A stretch of DNA of 56,138 nucleotides, the filler included, from Sphacelaria rigidula (lineage: Eukaryota): NCBI GenBank assembly GCA_964200075.2. It is 4 parts of 4 records of this genome, joined end to end, with 100 filler letters (N's around TTAATTAATTAA, not from the genome) between each part and the next. Parts side by side here need not be neighbours in the genome. Positions count along the whole stretch, not along the records: positions 42,181 to 56,138 come from CAXNAA020002551.1; 3 more parts are not named here. One strand, 5' to 3'. Of the stretch, positions 44,817 through 56,138 are shown in pieces (the stretch's first letter is position 1; each line of letters starts with the position of its first letter). The position numbers and the translations under genes were made by a program. The notes beneath the pieces are model-generated. The model ran no database searches. It saw only the letters and a list, made by a program, of their open reading frames with translations, and was not told where the DNA came from.

Positions 44817-46057
44817 CGGACAGATAGCATGAACCATGATACCGCCATCGACACAAAGAAAATGATGGATGAGCAAAAAACACGAGCAACGGCGTACGAG
44901 AGGTGCAGCCAGGAATTACTCGAGAGAAAAGAAGGAACGAAGAAAACAGTATCCATGTGTGATCGAGAAAAACGAAACAAATTTGTCTACAAATAAAAAA
45001 CAGAAGAAAAAAAAACATCCCGAAAACTGATGCCTTCGGCTACGGGCCTGAGAATATCCACATAATCTGCGGTGATTTGTTTTCACGATAACAACTGCCT
45101 GTACAGTTTATCCGGACTAGGGTTGTCCAGACTAATTTGCGCTCTACAAGAATTGCAGAGTAAGTGCTGATACAGGGAGAAGCTGACCAAGCGTGTGAGA
45201 CAGTACGTGCAGAAAAGGTAGGTTGTATATTTGCTGAAACTCATGAGTCTCGGCAGTTTGTCAGGAAATATTCATCTGTTGTTGCTGTTGCTATTGGACC
45301 GGTACCGTTGTTGAACATTTTGAACACACATCTCCAAGTGTTCAAACTCACTGACTCACGGCCATTTGCACAACAGCAACAGTATCTGCACAGCACAGCA
45401 CAGCACAGCACGCTGCAGTACCATCAATGATTGCTCTCTGTAGAATAGGAAACTGCTTCGTTCTCTCTCGTTGCTCTTTCCCGGTCATTGCGTGTTTACG
45501 ACCAATGGAGCATTCCTCTTTTTCCGCCCGTCAATCTTCGTGTCTGGAGCATTGCACCGTAACGGTGCCAGTACTGTCTACTTTACTGTTCAGTATTATA
45601 CAATAGTAAGAGACAGACAGTCCATGTCAAGCGAAACCGCTGTGTCTGCGTAACGCTCTCAACGCTCCATCGATCTCCCGCGCCTACGGTACAGCAGATA
45701 GAAACGCAGGATGGTATATCTGAGAAATATTGCTGATATTTCTCAGCCCCGTCTATCTGATCGAACGAATTCAGTACTCAGTAAATAGTGCATACCGGTT
45801 TGCTCAAAGGTTTAATCCGCGTACAGGACAGTGCATTCACGATCAACCATGCCGTAACGATCCTACAGGAACTTCTTCCACGTTTCCACCACTACACACC
45901 ACCACACCGCACCGGCGCCCACCTTGATCTTCGCAGGCAAAAGCGGCTCCTAATTGGTGCCGCAGGACAAGCATTTTATTATCAACGTCAGTGCAGGGGT
46001 GAGGAGCACTGACTGGGTGAGGTGTAGATTATTGTCGGTGTAATCGAAGCAGACGGC

Positions 46058-49000
46058 ATGCCGTCTTCTTCAGGAGGTGATGCGGAGAAAGATTCGGGGG
46101 CGTGGCTGCTACTCCGCCAGATGGGAGCCATGCTGCGCAAGAACTACCTGCTGAAGAAGGCCGACTGGCGACAGACTGTAGCCGAGGTATGTATGGGTCT
46201 TAATATCTATTCAAGATCATTGGGGCAATCAAGGTGATCGTAAAGAACTGGTTGAATGCGTAAATTGGATTCAGTTGTCTCCATCCCATATGGAACCTCG
46301 ATCCCTGGGTCAGACGCCTCGTACTAATTAATGATATAATTATCCGACCTGAGGGTTGCCAGTTGCTAAGGGATAGAGAAAGCATCTACAACTGAACAGT
46401 AACAACCATACGAATATGGGCATACCAATCCATTGGCACCCCGCTGTGGTGGGGTCAAGTTCGTCGAAATGAGGCAAGCCCTTAGTGGAGAGTTTTGAAT
46501 TGCAACGCTATCGATAATACTGGTATGAACCCCCCATTGTTCAGGCGGTCAGTTCAATCCAATTCCCTGGTACAAAGACGTCACGCCTGTGCACCGAAAG
46601 TATTACCTCTGGTACATTCACGTCATCGACGTCGTGTACCAGGGCATGCCAAGTGGCAAAACTCCTTGCTGTATCGTTGTGGGTGTACTGTACTGCTGTA
46701 ATGTGCACAACGGTGGTGCAAAAACGCCGCGGCCCCACACGCCATTTTTTGCAGTTGCTTTCGAATTATGTCGCAAAAGTACCTTGATGGCGATGAGACA
46801 CGTGTGAGTAAGTATCGGATCCGGTGGGCTGGAGATAGCGGCCGACACGGGATGGGAACGCTGCACCCTCCCCGCGAGATCAAGCAAGGTAAGTACCATG
46901 ATAGACGTGCCAAACTAAATCGGAATAGAAAAAAAAACTCGCCCGTAACTTCAGCGAGTGTTTTGTTTTGATTTTCTTGGGTATGTCTATCATGCGACCA
47001 CGGCTGAACCCCTGGGGGGTTGGCTAAAGTGCGACAATCAATCAATCGGTTGGGCACTCCCACCCCTCCCCCCCCCCGGCGTGGGGGGTGGGGTCGTAGG
47101 CGGGGGGGGAGGGGCAAACCTCATGAATTACCCATTCGCAGACATTGTGACTCCTCATGTATCCGACCGTTGGCTCCCACCTGGAGATGACACTGAACGC
47201 AATCGCTCCAGCCTTAAACATCAACGCAAATCTCCTCATCAGCCTGCGTGTGCACCCACTGTGTGGTGTACACTAGTGGGTGCACACGCCGCTAGTCAAC
47301 GTCCTGCCGACAAGAACTCCACCGGCGTGTACCAGATGAAAAGAAAAGTAGAAAAAACACGCATTCCACGATTTACCCCCACTGAAGAACAACCCGGTGA
47401 CAACGTGTGTGGGCAAAAGAAGGGGGCGCCATGGTTCTGTCGACCCACGGCCTGCTCCGATCCACTGCGCGTATAGCGCTGGGACCACGCCTGCGACTAA
47501 AAATCGGATGAATTCGCTCACGATCGCGTGCCCACGATCCCCTCCGTGTCCGCTTAAACAGAATACAGGAAAACGAATAATCCACCGCAGGGGCGCAGGC
47601 CTTACTCATCACATGTCGCACTCCTGCTGGACCCTGCCATCGAAGGCTCTCCTCTCGCCACTTCCTCCGTCGAAAGCATCGGGCGGGTGGTCAGAAGGGG
47701 TGTTCGGAAACGAATCACTCTCAACATTGCCGCGGGGGAAACCAGCCCTCGGTAAAACCTCTGTGAGGAAAACCCCGATTCCCAGAAAAAACCCTCGACA
47801 GTAGTGGCGCCATGCGCCGCACACAACCCAATCCTCACCACATACAGGGGGTGGTGGGAGGTCAGATGAAACCTTCACTCGGTGCGCATCAGCTACGGCA
47901 GCGATTTGAGATGGTGTTTCTCGCTGATAGTCGCGACGCCCGTATACCGTAACTCAAACACCTCGAGCTAACTCCACACCCTACTACTATCGCTTAGTCG
48001 TGCTTGCATTTGCTCTTGTATCTTGCCTGCTTCCTACACACTTGAGACTCCCAATTGACTCACCCACACCATCACAGCACATCTGTTCCGAAATGGTTTC
48101 AAGACACTTCAACCGCAATCCATACCTGGGGAATTTCTATCCGCTTCTGCACAAAAGCTGGATTCTTTTCAAACACAGAATCAAACCTTTCTCGTTTTCG
48201 GCGCTCCAGCGGGAAGAGGGGTATAATAACTCCCGTATGAAGCTAGTTACATCCTTATTCCTATACGAAACGAGATATTTGATATCGGAGTAGGGGAGGT
48301 AAGTTACTTGAACTGAGTGTAGATGAACCACGTCGCTTCAGGCAATTCCAAGAAAGGAGACAACCTAAAACATAGAGTATACCTTCGGGTCCACCAGGGT
48401 GGGGGGGTGGGGGAGGGTCCGGGGTTCTTCTCCATTACTAGTATACCCTCGCTGTGCACGACGAATGTTGATGAAGATCATGTAAGCAAGCGCCCCACTT
48501 TCCGAGCTTGTAAAGCGCCCCAAGCACGCCCTGCTGTACTCGTTCACGCTGCGGGCCATGGTCAAATGCCAATGAGTCGCGAAGAGCTGTGTTGTGCTGT
48601 CTCTCCACTCGCGGCACTAGCAGCACGTCGGGAGCCAATGACACCACTACTAATGCGACATAGAGCTACTACCACCGTACAGTATGTATAGCGCTCTTTG
48701 GCTGAAATCTAATGGTGGTGGGTGCACGCCTCGACACTACTGAGGCCGCTTCGGATGAAGTCTGAGAAATGCACTACAGTACATAGTTGAAGGGGGGAAA
48801 ATGTGTTTTTTTATGCTTCCTCTCCCACCGGACTTGAAAAAACACACGCCTTTGTGGAGTTCAAATTTTCCACACACTGGATGATGACAATAGTAACAGA
48901 TGATATTGTCAAAAAAGTGTACAGCGTACAGTATGGAATCTAGCAATAGTCGACACTGTACGCTGTACACGTTTTTGATGATGTATTCTATTGTCATCAT

Positions 49001-52000
49001 CCAGGGTATGAAGTTTTCCACATCAAATCACAGGCTTGACTTTTCAGAGAAAGGGTTGTAATTTGTCACGGACTACAGAAATTGCTGATCGCACGTGGTG
49101 AAAAAGGCCGCTCCTTTTGCGTGTTGACAACAATAATCATGATCTGAAAAGTTCCTGCTCTGGCAATTCCGCGCGAATTCTGGCACAAAAGGGGCCTTCG
49201 CGAAAGGTACCACGGAGACTTGTGCGCTCCTGGTGGATTCCAGCGCACATCGTCGATCTTTGTTGCGGTCACGTCGAAGTCTGGTTGGTCTAGCAATATC
49301 TCACATAACCCAAGTTACCTTGTACAACAGGGGGGAAGGGGGCAAACTCCGACCTCATTTTTTCATCTCATGCACATTGACCCAAAGTTCGAGGTGGGTA
49401 AGCCGTGTTTGGAAAATTCCGAGCTACACAATAGTGACGTTTACTTATGCTTTTGATACCCCATCTGCCTAGAATGTTGGCCAGACACCGTCCAAAATGC
49501 ATTTAAGAACGTCAATAACCGGATTACTCTGTAGCCACCACGTTTTGCGATTTTCTCGTACCACAGGGAAGCCTTGCATGGCGAGTGTTCTTTGGGTGTT
49601 CTTTCTTGTTCCATGTGGAATGCTTCGAAGGTTTTATTGGTGGGTATCGGCGCCTGTTAGTGTAGTGATGCGTCTTTTTTTGTGTGCTGGTGCTGTGTGC
49701 TGTGTACGTTGGATGTCGCATGTTGACACATACACTGTTGGTGCTGCTTTCGCGGATCGGATCAGCATCTCCCGCACTGCGTCGAGTTTCGATTTGATCG
49801 ATTGAGTTTCGATTTGATCGATTTAATTTGATTTGATTTGATTGTCGCACTAGAACTGCCCCCCCCTCTGGGGATCCCAGCCGTGGTGATGATTCAAATG
49901 ATGGACGTACGTGAGATGGAACAACACGAGAACAGTCGCTGAAGAAAAGTAAAGGTCACAGGACGGTAGAACAGACAGAGTAAATCGAGGAAAGGAAATA
50001 TAAGGAAGAAATACCGAAATAAGTAAACTTTTTCGCTACTGTATGTCCTCGCGTTTCCATTGATGGTGATCTGATAGTTGTACTTGTCACTTGTCAGACC
50101 AAACCCCATCCGTGTGTGCCAGGAATCGAACCAGCATCCTTCCGACCTCATGGCTTCCACTCGTACCACTTGGACCATCGGGGCGTGGGGCATATATATG
50201 ATGTGGTGGTCTGCGAGCAAACTGGACGAATTCGTCGTTGGGTATTTTTGGCGATTTTTGGCGTGCCACCGCTCATCACAGTAAACGTCGGACCCTCAAC
50301 GTTTGAAGATCGGGAGATACTAGCATCCGCCTCACAGTCAGAGAGAAAAATCATTTCTGCACCAATATTGAACGACTTCCGGGGTGACCTGTTCTCGGGG
50401 GTCCTGCGCGTTTACAGCCCTAGGTTCTGACTCTTCGGTATATTTACTCGTTTGATTCAATTCCCATTGTTCTAGTGAGCGACGAAAGATAAGTATTTTG
50501 GTGAAAAATCCTATTTACTCATTGCACTCAAGCCGACAAAATTGTGTTTTTGTACCAATGACGGCCGATAACACCCTCCTGGTAAATGAGGTCTTACTTC
50601 GTATCACTACAACAGTTTTCTTGCAGACTACTGAAATCAGTTGACATGAATCAGGATATAAGGACCATAAAAATGCCCGATATGTTGACATGCACGGAAA
50701 CTGGTTCTCTCGAACGGAGCTGCTCAGCAACGGCGTCGAGGTTACGGTCGTTGAAGGTTCCCGACAAAAAGTCTGGCACCCAAGGGATTCACCGTCCGAA
50801 CGCCAGCCCTAGTTTTGGTACATTTCCGGACTGACAGTGCGGTCTATGAAATAAGTTCTTCGGAGGTGAGGGTGTTATTGGGGGTGTTGGAGCAAAAAAG
50901 GACTCACGATGAAACTAAGATGTGTCACAAATCGACCGTGTGCTTCCGACTAGATTGGGCGCAGATGAGATCCTCTGGCGGTAAAATGGAAATCGACTTC
51001 TTCTTTTTTCTTTTTTTTTCCGCGTCCGTCCAATATCACATCATCACACTTTCACATTCGCCCGCTGGTAGGACCGGGTGTCACCGTAGCCACCTGTTTG
51101 TGTGCACAATGCCAAGGATAAAGTCTGTTGTGGCATGATGAGTAGGCCGGCGGAGTCTATAGTACACCACGCCGCTTCCCGGTGATGTAGAAGAAGTTCA
51201 GCGAAGAACTTGTATATGTATGTCGGAATTGAAGAATGCAGGCTTGATTCCCGGCAGATGCCGCTGACTTTTCCCTGATTTTGTAGCATCTCATTCCCGT
51301 CCTTGAAAACACCAGGCGGGGAGTAGCAACGAGAGTTCAGTTGACGAGAGGGGATACGATGCGGGAGTGCTGATCCAATCAGCGATACCCAAGTGTGAGA
51401 CATGCACCGGGGGAGAGAGGGGTTGCTCCTTTGAGCCTATGGGCTCGTTCTGAGGAAGGGAAGGTGTTGAGGTTCGATGTGTGACGAACGAAAGACACAG
51501 CATTACAGAGACTGCTTTTACATTACCGCACGGATTGTGCTTGCCTCATGTGGGTTTGACCACCTTGTGACTTACGGGCAAGTGCAGCGTTCACGACACC
51601 ACAGACCTCGCCAAAAAGCACAGGAGCCACGTAATGACACCAAATGGCCAAGGCGTACCAGCCCCATCGGGAGAGAGCCACAACCACAGTGACTGCCTAC
51701 TAGGCGAGAGTGGCAACGTTGGAATATACCAGTACGTGCACACGGTGCAGCATGTTTCCATCGCAGCAGCCACAAAAAAGCACACGGACAGCGGGATGAG
51801 GACAGTATGAAATGACGGGAGGATTCTCGTCTACTCTGTATCCTGTAAACGTGTACTGTAACAGTATATTTCAAGGGTCTACATGTCACCGTTGTTACAC
51901 TCACGTTTCACGTCAAAAGTCGTCAAAAGTTAAGCTACGCTAGTACTACGGTGGGGGACAAAGTGGGGAGCCCTGATTTGACTTGATTTTGAACCCTTTG

Positions 52001-53658
52001 GAAGCCATTGACGATTCTTGTTTTTTGTGAATCGGCATCATTTTCACTCATTTTCAAGACAAAATGATGCCGATTCACGAGGACGAAAATCGTTACTGGG
52101 TTCCCAAAGGGCTGAAAATCAAGTCAAGTCAGGGCTTCCCGTCCCCCACCGTAGTACTAGCCCGGCCTAACGTCTGACGTGAAACGTGACACGTGATGAG
52201 TGTACCGCGTAGACCCTTGGTATATTTCTGCGATGTTTCAGAGGAAGCGTTGAGGCAGTTTTCCCTTCCGACTTTGCGTCTGAAGTGGGCTACCGAAAGT
52301 CCACCTGAGAGGGTCTGGCGCTGGAGAAGTCAACCTTCTGATCCTGCCAACCATTGATGATGCTGAATGAATCGGCCGTACCGTATTGTCAATGGACACG
52401 GAAAGGTACAACAGTGGCCGGAGTAGGGTGCAAATGTGGTGATAATTGACAAATTGTCGCCCGTGAAAAAGTGACGCCCAAGGAAAGGTGAGACGAACGA
52501 CTGTTCATTGCTGTTTTTGGGCCACTCTAGGTCGCAGGACAGCTCTGGTCCTTATCAGCCAAAACTGTGCGACTGTGGGAAGTATGCACCACTTCGTTTT
52601 TTTCCCCGCCCGATTCTCCTCAGCGGACATTCGAAAATTTAAACAACACTCACTGATTGCGTGTTTCCCGGGAGAGTTAACGAAAAGCGAACCAATCCCA
52701 CGTGGTGCTTCGCAGTGGAAACATCTCGGTGGTCCTCGTGTACCGCTGAGGCCGCTCCTTATAGCAAAGCAAGAAAAAAATCCTGTAAAAATGTTTTTTT
52801 GGTTCTTCATCGTCTTACACCCTGAAAGAGAGCTAGGCGGAGTTCGACACCTTTGAGTGACTAGCTCCACTTGTTGAGACCGTTCTCGGACATCTTCGCG
52901 TTGTCCGGTGGGCGCAGTTTTTAATCTTGGCCAAAGTTGAATTTTCGTCCAAAGACGGTCAGGTCAAGAACGGTCAGATCTAGAAAAACATGCCATTTTT
53001 CTCTGGACTTGACCGTCTTAAGACAAAAATGTTTGTTTGGCCAAAACAAAATTTGCGGCCACTGGAAAACGCGAAGATGTCCTGGAACCGCCGTAACGAG
53101 TACAGCAACGTATTCATTCCAAGGTGTCAGCCTCCGCCCAGCTCCCCTTTGTGGCGTGAAACGACGAAGAAGGACCGAAAAAGCGTTTTTACAGGACTTT
53201 TTTTCGTTTGCTATTAGGAGCGGCCTGGGTGGCCAAAAACCGCGAGGTGTGCTTTCTTCTGGCCTCACGTCGTCGATGCTAAGCCGATCGTCTCACAAAT
53301 TCATGCGCTGATATCCCTTGACAAAAGTCTATCGTTCACAAGCTAACCTACCGTCTCTGCTAACATTCATGTGTGATCCTGATGACTTGAAACTTGCACG
53401 ATACAGGTGGTGTTGCCGGGTCTGTTCATGCTACTGCTGGTCTGGATCAAATCGCTCACAACCGTGTTTGACAGCCCCACTGCAGCCTACACCTGCGGAC
53501 AGACAATACCATGGCAGTACGAGAAGAGGCTGCCCAAGAATCCTGTCGAACTGTTGGACAACCCACTCATCAAGTGCCTACAGCAGCCGCCCTCATGTAC
53601 CGAGAAGAACTACTACAGAGACGAGGGGGGTGTTTTCGAGCAAATCGGGATGGATGGG
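46058..53658 (+). CDS. ABC transporter subfamily A (ABCA), coding exons 1-2; gene continues beyond the contig
   Basis: Exon 46058-46186 encodes MPSSSGG...LLRQMGAMLRKNYLLKKADWRQTVAE (ABCA QxxxxLxKNxxLxxR start). It splices in phase 0 to exon 53407-53658, VVLPGLFMLLLVWIKS... (TM1 plus Cys-containing ectodomain). A possible further acceptor lies at 56092/56093. Confidence 0.85.
46949..47047 (+). mobile_element. 3' end of a SINE/LINE with (CAAT)n tail
   Basis: CTTCAGCGAGTGTT...ACCACGGCTGAACCCC...AGTGCGACAATCAATCAATC; homologous to the 3' end of the element at 49811-50184. Confidence 0.65.
49811..50184 (-). mobile_element. Apparently full-length tRNA-derived SINE with (CAAAT)n tail
   Basis: Head GCCCCGATGGTCCAAGTGG (A-box) and GGTTCGATTCC (B-box). 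3' end CTTCAGCGACTGTT...ACCACGGCTGGGATCCCC...AGTGCGACAATCAAATCAAATC. Confidence 0.7.
51872..52219. mobile_element. hAT-type foldback MITE (348 bp) with perfect 8-bp target-site duplication
   Basis: Termini CAAGGGTCTAC...GTAGACCCTTG, TSD GTATATTT at 51864-51871 and 52220-52227. Arms are complementary almost to the centre (GTGAATCGGCATCATTTT / AAAATGATGCCGATTCAC). Confidence 0.9.
52713..53262. mobile_element. Older, diverged foldback/MITE element (approximate ends)
   Basis: AGGCCGCTCCTTATAGCAAA...CCTGTAAAAA...GGACATCTTCGCGTT is inverted as AACGCGAAGATGTCC...TTTTTACAGG...TTTGCTATTAGGAGCGGCCT. Confidence 0.7.
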
Positions 53659-56138
53659 GTGAGAAAAAATGTCGGACAAGGGCACCCGATTTCATTTTGG
53701 TAGACACGAGACACGTGTCGCGCTACTATTATACGCTGCACATAAGAGATAACCAGTACGGACCGGCGACGTGCAAGAGGAGCATGGCCAATTGCCACCC
53801 AGCTAGCCTCAACTCCAGCCAAGTATCAAGTATCTGATGCCTGAGGATTTGTCGTGGTACACATTGTTCTGTGTTTCTGTGTTGTCGAGTTTCCATTCGT
53901 GACTTCCTGTGAAAAATGACGTATGTCGTATTGTAGCAACAATAGTGCTGAAATTGGGTGTGAGAGTTGGTTCTGTTGTGGGTACGTTATTATCAAATAC
54001 GACGTTCTGTCGTGTAAACTGGGGTGGAACACGCTGCGTTATGTGTACAGCGGTGTTTCCCCCAAGAAACCTGCTGTAATAGGATCGCCCGAAGCCGGAG
54101 CTGATAGCCAAATATAACTAGAACCTGATGAGAGTTCTTCTGTGTCTTGGGTCGGTAAATGATGTACATCATCTTAATTGCGATGCACCTAATAGACACA
54201 TGGGGAGGTAAGGGCGGATGTTCCACACGTCGGACGAATAACGTCATGATTCGTCCATGTTTAACTTTTGCTCGAATCGATCATGCGATTCGTACAAGAT
54301 TTGTGATTCGTATGTATTTTTGGAATCGTGGTCCTTGCGCCTCGACATGGCATGTACCAATCGTCCCTCGCGCTGTCTGCCCTCGCAGGGACATTTCCCC
54401 CCATCTCTGATTCACACGGCATGGATCACGCGTAGGTGTTTCTCGCTTGTGAGTCATACAACATGAGTCATACGTGCATGTCGGTGCGCGTTCATGCGGC
54501 ATGAATCAAGTGTGTAGTGTTGATACCTGTTCCCCACCTTTCGTTCATGTGGTCTGAACTACGCGTATATGTTTCCCAGCTGTCACCTCACCTGTCATTC
54601 GTACGCATGACGCAACCGTTTTTTTTTTTTCTGATCGATCATTTCGTGCGACGATGAATCGATCACATGCGAGTTTTCTCGGCCACCGTTTCACGCACCA
54701 GGGCCCTTGGTTTGGTACATGTTCCGTGACTGCCGTTCATTTGGTACCTGTGTAGCTCTTTTGTTCATTTTCCGCACTCTCAGGCCGTGTCTTGGCGACT
54801 CATTTTTTTTAATCGAAACTGTGCAGTGGAACTGGAGAACTTTGATCTGACAGGTCGTGATATCAAATATCACCATTTATGTTGAATTCACGAGCTGTCA
54901 AATTGGAATTGTTGTTTTCCACCGCACTTTTTTTATTCCAATTTTCAAATTGGTTGTTGTCTCAGGCTATTCCAGATTCGGCATTAGATTTCTGTGACAG
55001 AAAACACTCTCGCTTTTTCCCGAATACTTTTGAAAAAACAAGCAGAACTTGTCGAAAAACTGCTCAAATCATGACCCCATTATAAGGAGTACAGGGTACT
55101 ACACTGAACACAAGACAATTCTGCAGTGGTATATGGAGTACAGAGTACTACACTGAACACAAGACAACACAGCAGTCCTGCGATGTTTCTTAGAACCTGA
55201 ATATGGACTGTACGCAAAAAGCATACATCGCAAAGATGCCCGCCCGTTATCAGCTACCACCGCAACGCTGCAGCATTGAGCACAAGTTGAGCACAAGGAT
55301 AGATGCACTGCAGTAGCTGGGTATGCTTTGTTGTTTTTTGTCGGCGAAAAGTTGCACGTCTTCTCTTATGGTGGGGATCAGCGACAGAACTGCGTGGTAC
55401 GGTGGGCAACCGAGTTGCGTGCACTCTCATGGATAGTGCAGTCTGTACAAAGCTGCACGTTGCTGAAGTCCTCTTCACGTCGCCTTGTAAGCAGAGAGAA
55501 CTGATAGTCCTGGGCTGTCTGCACCGCACGTTGCCCGCTTCTCCTTCATGTCCTCCTGAACGAAACACGCACACACGCACTCAAGACACCCTGCTTGCAA
55601 GCGGTGCAGACAGTACAGACTGCGTGTATTGTACACGAGTGCCCAAGTGGCGTGTCACGAATTTCACTGTATTGTTTTGATCGCAAGCTTGAACATCCAT
55701 CTGGACCCAATTGCATCAAAACGAGAAATTTTCACTCAGATCGATTCCACCGCGCCATTTTTTCGACCGAAAAAACAGACCCTAACCACCAGTCCCAAGT
55801 TCTACAGTACCGACAAACCTTGCTCACATCTGGTCAGAATTCATTGAGAAATGATGATTTGTGTGAGACGCGCGCGCAGCACACGCTTACCAAACGGTCA
55901 GCAACGACACGTTATCGGTTGTTTTTGACACGCATGCAGCCGCCATTCGTCTAATATAGAACGGACTTCTGTCAATCAAAGACTGCCGTGTGTAGATTAG
56001 CAAGGGCTAACAGTGAGTGATGGGTGTCTGTGCGTGTTTTTTCGGGGCTGGATGTGTAGGTGTTGTGTTGCCTTGTTGTGTCTTGTCTGCAGCATTACAC
56101 AGACCTTGACCCTGCTTGGACTGACGCCCCCTCCACGG

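Noticed and set aside
47100-47900. Possible retroelement coding fragment in ABCA intron 1
   Set aside because: GC-rich and coding-like, but I could not identify RT, endonuclease or integrase motifs in the frames provided.
36545-50184. Genuine tRNA genes at ~36560, ~44760 and ~50130
   Set aside because: A/B boxes are present but acceptor and anticodon stems do not pair, and the heads run into SINE-like bodies or tails.

Overview
The window is not one locus. It is four contigs of almost identical length (13,960, 13,960, 13,960 and 13,958 bp) joined by 100-bp N44-TTAATTAATTAA-N44 linkers, which looks like a length-sorted concatenation of unplaced contigs. Contig 1 (1-13960) is gene-dense and intronless and resembles a Phaeovirus-like giant virus (Nucleocytoviricota) segment. 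It encodes a secreted beta-helix enzyme with two CBM32/F5-8C modules, a RINGv-like protein, a Bro-N-like protein, a conserved NCLDV membrane protein, a probable tape-measure-type minor capsid protein, a histone-H1-like basic protein and several orphans. It also holds three intergenic repeat arrays. Three genes carry frameshifts or premature stops, suggesting a decaying endogenous virus. Two orphan genes may be very distant paralogues, each lying just downstream of a repeat array. Contigs 2-4 look like brown-algal (stramenopile) nuclear DNA with long introns. They contain a spliced bacterial-type M23 peptidase gene, a PDCD5 exon, an ApoO/Mic26-like gene, the first exon of an organelle-targeted WHEP-domain aminoacyl-tRNA synthetase and the first exons of an ABCA transporter. 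Also present are an uninterrupted ORF built from three copies of an unrecognised ~90-aa domain, hAT-type MITEs, tRNA-derived SINEs and microsatellites. All family assignments come from motif recognition by eye; no database searches were run.
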